NCBI RefSeq assembly: GCF_051903065.1
Contig: NZ_CP178438.1
DNA: 64,000 bases
Source: Escherichia coli
GTDB taxonomy: Bacteria > Pseudomonadota > Gammaproteobacteria > Enterobacterales > Enterobacteriaceae
Reading direction: 5' to 3' (one strand)
The translations under genes and the position numbers were made by a program. Within the stretch, counting starts at the first letter, position 1. The number at the start of each line of letters is the position of its first letter. The notes beneath the pieces were generated by a model. It was given only the letters and a program-made list of their open reading frames with translations, was not told the DNA's origin and did not search any database. Positions 52,487 to 64,000 of this stretch are shown piece by piece.

Positions 52487-53130
52487 ATTGTCGGATGCGT
52501 CGCGTGGCGCATCCGACACCATGCGCAGATGCCTGATGCGACGCTGACGCGTCTTATCATGCCTACAGGCCTGAACCGTAGGTCGGATAAGGCGCTCGCG
52601 CCGCATTCGACACCATGCGCCGATGCCTGATGCGACGCAGGCGCGTCTTATCATACCTACAGGCCTGAACCGTAGGTCGGATAAGGCGCTCGCGCCGCAT
52701 TCGACACCATGCGCCGATGCCTGATGCGACGCAGGCGCGTCTTATCATGCCTACAGGCCTGAACCGTAGGTCGGATAAGGCGCTCGCGCCGCATCCGACA
52801 CCGTGTGCCGATGCCTGATGCGACGCTGGCGCGTCTTATCATGCCTACAGGCCTGAACCGTAGGTCGGATAAGGCGCTCGCGCCGCATCCGACACCGTGC
52901 TCAGTGCCTGATGCGACGCTGATGCGTCTTATCATGCCTACAGGCCTGAACCGTAGGTCGGATAAGGCGCTCGCGCCGCATTCGACACCATGCGCCGATG
53001 CCTGATGCGACGCAGGCGCGTCTTATCATGCCTACAGGCCTGAACCGTAGGTCGGATAAGGCGCTCGCGCCGCATCCGACACCATGCTCAGTTGCCTGAT
53101 ACGACGCTGGCGCGTCTTATCATGCCTACC
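52487..53130. repeat. tandem REP/BIME array, about 7 units
   Basis: Seven tandem copies of the GCGTCTTATCATGCCTACAGGCCTGAACCGTAGGTCGGATAAGGCGCTCGCGCCGCATCCGACACC unit between prpE and codB. Confidence 0.85.
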
Positions 53131-53281
53131 CACTGTTTTTACACCGATAATTTTTCCCCCACCTTTTTGCACTCATTCATATAAAAAATATATTTCCCCA
53201 CGAAAACGATTGCTTTTTATCTTCAGATGAATAGAATGCGGCGGATTTTTTGGGTTTCAAACAGCAAAAAGGGGGAATTTC

Positions 53282-54541
53282 GTGTCGCAAGATAACAACT
53301 TTAGCCAGGGGCCAGTCCCGCAGTCGGCGCGGAAAGGGGTATTGGCATTGACGTTCGTCATGCTGGGATTAACCTTCTTTTCCGCCAGTATGTGGACTGG
53401 CGGCACTCTCGGAACCGGTCTTAGCTATCATGATTTCTTCCTCGCAGTTCTCATCGGCAATCTTCTCCTCGGTATTTACACTTCATTTCTCGGTTACATT
53501 GGCGCAAAAACCGGCCTGACCACTCATCTTCTTGCTCGCTTCTCGTTTGGTGTTAAAGGCTCATGGCTGCCTTCACTGCTGCTGGGCGGCACCCAGGTTG
53601 GCTGGTTTGGCGTTGGCGTGGCGATGTTTGCCATTCCGGTGGGTAAGGCAACCGGGCTGGATATTAATTTGCTGATTGCCGTTTCCGGTTTACTGATGAC
53701 CGTCACCGTCTTCTTTGGCATTTCGGCGCTGACAGTTCTTTCGGTGATTGCGGTTCCGGCGATCGCCTGTCTTGGCGGTTATTCCGTGTGGCTGGCCGTT
53801 AACGGCATGGGCGGCCTGGACGCCTTAAAAGCGGTCGTTCCCGCACAACCATTAGATTTCAATGTCGCGCTGGCGCTGGTTGTGGGGTCATTTATCAGCG
53901 CGGGTACGCTCACCGCTGACTTTGTCCGCTTTGGTCGCAATGCCAAACTGGCGGTGCTGGTGGCGATGGTGGCCTTTTTCCTCGGCAACTCGTTGATGTT
54001 TATTTTCGGTGCAGCGGGAGCGGCGGCACTGGGGTTGGCGGATATCTCTGATGTGATGATTGCTCAGGGCCTGCTGCTGCCTGCGATTGTGGTGCTGGGA
54101 CTGAATATCTGGACCACCAACGATAACGCGCTCTATGCGTCGGGTTTAGGTTTCGCCAACATTACCGGTATGTCGAGCAAAACCCTTTCGGTAATCAACG
54201 GTATTATCGGTACGGTCTGCGCATTATGGCTGTATAACAATTTTGTCGGCTGGTTGACCTTCCTTTCGGCAGCTATTCCTCCGGTGGGTGGCGTGATCAT
54301 TGCCGACTATCTGATGAACCGTCGCCGCTATGAGCACTTTGCGACCACGCGTATGATGAGTGTCAATTGGGTGGCGATTCTGGCGGTCGCCTTGGGGATT
54401 GCTGCAGGCCACTGGTTACCGGGAATTGTTCCGGTCAACGCGGTATTAGGTGGCGCGCTGAGCTATCTGATCCTTAACCCGATTTTGAATCGTAAAACGA
54501 CAGCAGCAATGACGCATGTGGAGGCTAACAGTGTCGAATAA
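53282..54541 (+). CDS. codB: cytosine permease
   Basis: 419-aa ORF matching CodB; GTG start. Confidence 0.9.
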   Translation: MSQDNNFSQGPVPQSARKGVLALTFVMLGLTFFSASMWTGGTLGTGLSYHDFFLAVLIGNLLLGIYTSFLGYIGAKTGLTTHLLARFSFGVKGSWLPSLLLGGTQVGWFGVGVAMFAIPVGKATGLDINLLIAVSGLLMTVTVFFGISALTVLSVIAVPAIACLGGYSVWLAVNGMGGLDALKAVVPAQPLDFNVALALVVGSFISAGTLTADFVRFGRNAKLAVLVAMVAFFLGNSLMFIFGAAGAAALGLADISDVMIAQGLLLPAIVVLGLNIWTTNDNALYASGLGFANITGMSSKTLSVINGIIGTVCALWLYNNFVGWLTFLSAAIPPVGGVIIADYLMNRRRYEHFATTRMMSVNWVAILAVALGIAAGHWLPGIVPVNAVLGGALSYLILNPILNRKTTAAMTHVEANSVE

Positions 54542-55814
54542 CGCTTTACAAACAATTATTAACGCCCGGTTACCCGGCAAAGAGGGGCTGTGGCAGATTC
54601 ATCTGCAGGACGGAAAAATCAGCGCCATTGATGCGCAATCCGGCGTGATGCCCATAACTGAAAACAGCCTGGATGCCGAACAAGGTTTAGTTATACCGCC
54701 GTTTGTGGAGCCACATATTCACCTGGACACCACGCAAACCGCCGGACAACCGAACTGGAATCAGTCCGGCACGCTGTTTGAAGGCATTGAACGCTGGGCC
54801 GAGCGCAAAGCGTTATTAACCCATGACGATGTGAAACAACGCGCATGGCAAACGCTGAAATGGCAGATTGCCAACGGCATTCAGCATGTGCGTACCCATG
54901 TCGATGTTTCGGATGCAACGCTAACTGCGCTGAAAGCAATGCTGGAAGTGAAGCAGGAAGTCGCGCCGTGGATTGATCTGCAAATCGTCGCCTTCCCGCA
55001 GGAAGGGATTTTGTCGTATCCCAACGGTGAAGCGTTGCTGGAAGAGGCGTTACGCTTAGGGGCAGATGTAGTGGGGGCGATTCCGCATTTTGAATTTACC
55101 CGTGAATACGGCGTGGAGTCGCTGCATAAAACCTTCGCCCTGGCGCAAAAATACGACCGTCTCATCGACGTTCACTGTGATGAGATCGATGACGAGCAGT
55201 CGCGCTTTGTCGAAACCGTTGCTGCCCTGGCGCACCGTGAAGGCATGGGCGCGCGAGTCACCGCCAGCCACACCACGGCAATGCACTCCTATAACGGGGC
55301 GTATACCTCACGCCTGTTCCGCTTGCTGAAAATGTCCGGTATTAACTTTGTCGCCAACCCGCTGGTCAATATTCATCTGCAAGGACGTTTCGATACGTAT
55401 CCAAAACGTCGCGGCATCACGCGCGTTAAAGAGATGCTGGAGTCCGGCATTAACGTCTGCTTTGGTCACGATGATGTCTTCGATCCGTGGTATCCGCTGG
55501 GAACGGCGAATATGCTGCAAGTGCTGCATATGGGGCTGCATGTTTGCCAGCTGATGGGCTATGGGCAGATTAACGATGGCCTGAATTTAATCACCCACCA
55601 CAGCGCCAGGACGTTGAATTTGCAGGATTACGGCATTGCCGCCGGAAACAGCGCCAACCTGATTATCCTGCCGGCTGAAAATGGGTTTGATGCGCTGCGC
55701 CGTCAGGTTCCGGTACGTTATTCGGTACGTGGCGGCAAGGTGATTGCCAGCACACAACCGGCACAAACCACCGTATATCTGGAGCAGCCAGAAGCCATCG
55801 ATTACAAACGGTGA
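54531..55814 (+). CDS. codA: cytosine deaminase
   Basis: Translation from (V)[15 protein letters not shown] matches CodA; GTG start overlapping codB 3' end. Confidence 0.9.
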   Translation: MSNNALQTIINARLPGKEGLWQIHLQDGKISAIDAQSGVMPITENSLDAEQGLVIPPFVEPHIHLDTTQTAGQPNWNQSGTLFEGIERWAERKALLTHDDVKQRAWQTLKWQIANGIQHVRTHVDVSDATLTALKAMLEVKQEVAPWIDLQIVAFPQEGILSYPNGEALLEEALRLGADVVGAIPHFEFTREYGVESLHKTFALAQKYDRLIDVHCDEIDDEQSRFVETVAALAHREGMGARVTASHTTAMHSYNGAYTSRLFRLLKMSGINFVANPLVNIHLQGRFDTYPKRRGITRVKEMLESGINVCFGHDDVFDPWYPLGTANMLQVLHMGLHVCQLMGYGQINDGLNLITHHSARTLNLQDYGIAAGNSANLIILPAENGFDALRRQVPVRYSVRGGKVIASTQPAQTTVYLEQPEAIDYKR

Positions 55815-55852
55815 TCGGCTGGGCTGTGTGTTGACAAAGCGAGCGTAGTTTA

Positions 55853-55933
55853 TGCCGGATGCGGCGTGAACGCCTTATCCGGCCTACGTAGAGCACTGAA
55901 CTCGTAGGCCTGATAAGCGTAGCGCATCAGGCA
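55853..55933. repeat. REP element pair
   Basis: GCCGGATGCGGCGTGAACGCCTTATCCGGCCTAC and GTAGGCCTGATAAGCGTAGCGCATCAGGC. Confidence 0.7.
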
Positions 55934-55946
55934 ATTGTGTCAGTGG

Positions 55947-56846
55947 CTACCGTGATTCATTCTCGCCAACATCCGCACATTCCTCCAACGCCGTGTGCAA
56001 AAATGCCTTCGCGGCGGCTGTCTGCCAGCTATTTTTCCGCCGCAACAAAACCGCCGTTCTCTCCAGTAGTGGCGGGGCAAGAGAAATAGCTTTAAGCCCG
56101 TCATGTTGTGTGGCAATCGCTGCTGGTAACAATGTGGAAAGGGAAGTGCGGCGAATCAGCTCCAGAACCGCGCTAATTGAGTTCGCCTCAATGACCACCT
56201 GTGGATGCAGCCCCGCTTTCTCGCAGTAGTGGTCAATTTGCTCTCTGGTGGCAAATTCCGCGCTGAGCAGTACCAGTTTTTCATCATGCAAGCGACTCAA
56301 CGCCACCTGTTCACAGGCAGCCAGCGGATGATGTTGCGCCACGACTAACGCTAAACTTTCTGTCAGTAAAGGAATTGCCTCCAGCTCCGGCGAATGCACA
56401 GCCGCGAAGGCAATCCCAACGTCCAACTCGTCGCGGCAAAGCATATCTTCGATTTTCTCCTGCGACATTTCCTGTAGCTGGAGCGTGATGCCGGGGTAGC
56501 GCGCATAGAAATCCGCCATTAAGGGGCCGATAAAGTAGCTCGTAAAGGTGGGGGTGACGGCGATACGCAGCGATCCTCGCGTCAGATCGGCAACATCATG
56601 AATCGCCCGTTTACCCGCCCCCAGTTCCTGTAACGCCCGGCTGGCGTACTGTCGCCAGACTTCTCCTGCATCAGTGAGACGAATCGTTCGCCCGCTACGG
56701 TCAAACAGCGGCACGCCTAAACTCTCCTCTAACTGGCGAATCTGCTGGGAAAGCGCAGGCTGAGAGACGTGCAACGCACTGGCGGCACGGGTGAAGCTGC
56801 CATGTTCAGCCACGGCAAGAAAATAATTGATATGTCGAGAGAGCAT
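55947..56846 (-). CDS. cynR: LysR-family regulator of the cyn operon
   Basis: Translation from [22 protein letters not shown] matches CynR. Confidence 0.9.
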   Translation of the reverse strand: MLSRHINYFLAVAEHGSFTRAASALHVSQPALSQQIRQLEESLGVPLFDRSGRTIRLTDAGEVWRQYASRALQELGAGKRAIHDVADLTRGSLRIAVTPTFTSYFIGPLMADFYARYPGITLQLQEMSQEKIEDMLCRDELDVGIAFAAVHSPELEAIPLLTESLALVVAQHHPLAACEQVALSRLHDEKLVLLSAEFATREQIDHYCEKAGLHPQVVIEANSISAVLELIRRTSLSTLLPAAIATQHDGLKAISLAPPLLERTAVLLRRKNSWQTAAAKAFLHTALEECADVGENESR

Positions 56847-56955
56847 TCGCCAACCTATAAGTAAATCCAATAGAACTCATCATAAATGAGACTTTTACCT
56901 TATGACAATCGGCGAGTAGTCTGCCTCTCATTCCAGAGACAGACAGAGGTTAACG

Positions 56956-57615
56956 GTGAAAGAGATTATTGATGGATTCCTTAAATTCCAGCGCGAGGCA
57001 TTTCCGAAGCGGGAAGCCTTGTTTAAACAGCTGGCGACACAGCAAAGCCCGCGCACCCTTTTTATCTCCTGCTCCGACAGCCGTCTGGTCCCTGAGCTGG
57101 TGACGCAACGTGAGCCTGGCGATCTGTTCGTTATTCGCAACGCGGGCAATATCGTCCCTTCCTACGGGCCGGAACCCGGTGGCGTTTCTGCTTCGGTGGA
57201 GTATGCCGTCGCTGCGCTTCGGGTATCTGACATTGTGATTTGCGGTCATTCCAACTGTGGCGCGATGACCGCCATTGCCAGCTGTCAGTGCATGGACCAT
57301 ATGCCTGCCGTCTCCCACTGGCTGCGTTATGCCGATTCAGCCCGCGTCGTTAATGAGGCGCGCCCGCATTCCGATTTACCGTCAAAAGCTGCGGCGATGG
57401 TACGTGAAAACGTCATTGCTCAGTTGGCTAATTTGCAAACTCATCCATCGGTGCGCCTGGCGCTCGAAGAGGGGCGGATCGCCCTGCACGGCTGGGTCTA
57501 CGACATTGAAAGCGGCAGCATCGCAGCTTTTGACGGCGCAACCCGCCAGTTTGTGCCACTGGCCGCTAATCCTCGCGTTTGTGCCATACCGCTACGCCAA
57601 CCGACCGCAGCGTAA
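56956..57615 (+). CDS. cynT: carbonic anhydrase
   Basis: 219-aa ORF matching CynT (beta-class carbonic anhydrase). Confidence 0.9.
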
Positions 57616-57627
57616 CCTTATTTTTAA

Positions 57628-58116
<489 letters not shown>

Positions 58117-58148
58117 CAGCCATGCGCAACCATCAAAAGACGTTCACG

Positions 58149-59303
58149 ATGCTGCTGGTTCTGGTGCTGATTGGTCTTAATATGCGACCACTGCTCACCT
58201 CCGTCGGGCCACTGCTACCGCAATTGCGCCAGGCAAGCGGAATGAGCTTTAGCGTGGCTGCCCTGTTGACCGCTCTGCCGGTGGTCACCATGGGCGGGCT
58301 GGCGCTGGCCGGAAGCTGGCTTCATCAGCATGTCAGCGAACGTCGCAGCGTCGCCATCAGTTTGTTACTGATTGCCGTCGGTGCATTGATGCGTGAGCTT
58401 TACCCCCAAAGTGCGCTGCTGCTTAGCAGCGCACTGCTTGGTGGGGTGGGGATCGGCATCATTCAGGCGGTGATGCCTTCGGTGATTAAACGGCGGTTTC
58501 AGCAGCGCACGCCACTGGTGATGGGGCTGTGGTCCGCGGCTCTGATGGGCGGCGGTGGACTTGGTGCCGCCCTGACGCCCTGGTTAGTTCAACATAGCGA
58601 AACCTGGTATCAAACACTCGCCTGGTGGGCGCTGCCTGCCGTTGTTGCGCTCTTTGCCTGGTGGTGGCAAAGCACCCGCGAGGTCGCCTCTTCCCACAAG
58701 ACAACAACCACTCCGGTTCGCGTGGTTTTCACTCCTCGCGCGTGGACGCTGGGTGTTTACTTCGGTCTGATTAACGGTGGTTACGCCAGCCTGATTGCCT
58801 GGTTACCCGCTTTCTATATTGAGATTGGTGCCAGCGCGCAGTACAGCGGTTCCTTGCTGGCATTGATGACGCTTGGGCAAGCCGCAGGAGCTTTGCTAAT
58901 GCCTGCTATGGCTCGCCATCAGGATCGGCGCAAACTTTTGCTGTTGGCACTGGCGTTACAACTGGTGGGTTTCTGCGGCTTTATCTGGCTGCCGCTGCAA
59001 TTGCCGGTATTGTGGGCGATGGTGTGTGGGTTAGGTCTGGGCGGCGCGTTTCCGCTCTGTTTGCTGCTGGCGCTCGATCACTCTGCGCAACCGGCTATTG
59101 CTGGCAAGCTGGTGGCGTTTATGCAGGGGATCGGTTTTATCATCGCCGGGCTTGCCCCGTGGTTTTCTGGTGTGCTGCGTAGTATCAGCGGCAATTACCT
59201 GATGGACTGGGCATTTCATGCGCTGTGCGTCGTTGGGCTGATGATCATAACCCTGCGTTTTGCACCAGCACGTTTTCCGCAGCTGTGGGTCAAAGAGGCA
59301 TGA
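58149..59303 (+). CDS. cynX: MFS cyanate transporter
   Basis: ORF 58122-59303; internal ATG at 58149 gives 384 aa, the length I recall for CynX. Confidence 0.85.
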   Translation: MLLVLVLIGLNMRPLLTSVGPLLPQLRQASGMSFSVAALLTALPVVTMGGLALAGSWLHQHVSERRSVAISLLLIAVGALMRELYPQSALLLSSALLGGVGIGIIQAVMPSVIKRRFQQRTPLVMGLWSAALMGGGGLGAALTPWLVQHSETWYQTLAWWALPAVVALFAWWWQSTREVASSHKTTTTPVRVVFTPRAWTLGVYFGLINGGYASLIAWLPAFYIEIGASAQYSGSLLALMTLGQAAGALLMPAMARHQDRRKLLLLALALQLVGFCGFIWLPLQLPVLWAMVCGLGLGGAFPLCLLLALDHSAQPAIAGKLVAFMQGIGFIIAGLAPWFSGVLRSISGNYLMDWAFHALCVVGLMIITLRFAPARFPQLWVKEA

Positions 59304-59332
59304 TGCGACGCTTGTTCCTGCGCTTTGTTCAT

Positions 59333-59393
59333 GCCGGATGCGGCTAACGTAGAACACTGAATTTGTAGGCCTGATAAGCGAAGCGCATCAGGC
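59333..59393. repeat. REP element
   Basis: GCCGGATGCGGC...GTAGGCCTGATAAGCGAAGCGCATCAGGC. Confidence 0.6.
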
Positions 59394-59405
59394 AATTTTG
59401 CTAAT

Positions 59406-60017
59406 TTAAACTGACGATTCAACTTTGTAATCTCTGAAATAATATTGCTTATCCCGGTCGTTTATTTCGCGAATAACCCGGCAAGGAACGCCAGCAGCCA
59501 CGACGTTTGGTGGAATGTCTTTTATGACGACACTACCCGCGCCAATAACAGAATTATCCCCGATGGTGACGCCTGGATTAATGACCACATGACTTCCGAT
59601 CCAGACGTTATTGCCAATCGTTATCGGAAAAGAGTACATCTCGCCGTTTTTTCTCAATTCATGGTGTACAGGGTGTCCCGTAACGGAAAGAGTAACGTTG
59701 GGTGCAATCAGTACGTTATCACCGATCGTTACCGTGTAGTCATCGACAATGGTTAAATTGAAATTTGCATAAAAATTGCGGCCTATATGGATGTTGGAAC
59801 CGTAAGAGAAATAGACGGGGGGCTCTACCCAGGCGTTTTCCCCTACCGTGGCAAACATTTCTTTAATCAGGCTTTCTCTTTTTTCAACGTCGGATGGATG
59901 CGAGTGATTAAACTCATACATTAATGTTTTCCCACGAAGTCTTTTTTCAGGTAAGCCTTCGCACATATCGGTAAATAGCTTGCCTGCTTTTATTCTTTCT
60001 GTCATCGACATGTTCAT
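59406..60017 (-). CDS. lacA: galactoside O-acetyltransferase
   Basis: Translation from MNMSMTERI matches LacA (hexapeptide-repeat acetyltransferase), 203 aa. Confidence 0.9.
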   Translation of the reverse strand: MNMSMTERIKAGKLFTDMCEGLPEKRLRGKTLMYEFNHSHPSDVEKRESLIKEMFATVGENAWVEPPVYFSYGSNIHIGRNFYANFNLTIVDDYTVTIGDNVLIAPNVTLSVTGHPVHHELRKNGEMYSFPITIGNNVWIGSHVVINPGVTIGDNSVIGAGSVVIKDIPPNVVAAGVPCRVIREINDRDKQYYFRDYKVESSV

Positions 60018-60043
60018 TTCGCTCATTCCGTCCTGATATGTTG

Positions 60044-60074
60044 GTCGGATAAGGCGCTCGCGCCGCATCCGACA
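60044..60074. repeat. REP element between lacY and lacA
   Basis: GGTCGGATAAGGCGCTCGCGCCGCATCCGAC palindrome. Confidence 0.6.
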
Positions 60075-60082
60075 TTGATTGC

Positions 60083-61381
<1,299 letters not shown>

Positions 61382-61387
61382 TTATTA

Positions 61388-64000
<2,613 letters not shown>

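Noticed and set aside
52563-52935. Minus-strand ORFs (61-92 aa, and the 354-aa ORF 51590-52654) with repeated MIRRACVASGIG motifs
   Set aside because: REP-array translation artefacts; the 354-aa ORF is antisense to prpE.

Overview
This window reads as an Escherichia coli chromosomal segment in three parts. (1) Positions 1-17928 are the late-gene arm of a prophage: terminase C-terminus, HK97-type portal, prohead protease and major capsid, then a Mu-like contractile tail (sheath, tube, frameshifted chaperone, tape measure, DNA-circularisation protein, baseplate) ending in a Gin/Pin-type invertible tail-fibre segment with its invertase. (2) Positions 17929-21350 are a visibly AT-rich accessory module carrying a divergently oriented GIY-YIG nuclease-domain gene and a retron-type reverse transcriptase fused to a Toprim domain, with a candidate msr/msd ncRNA immediately upstream. 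The module ends at an IS1 copy that has no target-site duplication. I consider this module the most interesting part of the window, a candidate anti-phage locus. The RT-Toprim architecture matches what I recall for Retron-Eco2 (Ec67), so the RT itself is probably a known class, but the GIY-YIG partner and the repeat-flanked cassette structure are not something I can assign to a described system. (3) Positions 22119-64000 are conserved core chromosome in K-12 order: betA-betB-betI / betT, pdeL(yahA), yahB through yahO, a complete IS903-type insertion with 9-bp target duplication, prpR / prpBCDE, codBA, cynR / cynTSX, lacA, lacY and the 3' 2.6 kb of lacZ, interspersed with tandem REP/BIME arrays. 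All calls come from reading the sequence and the supplied ORF translations against remembered protein families; no database search or computation was run, and gene names in the core region rest on recalled K-12 protein sequences.
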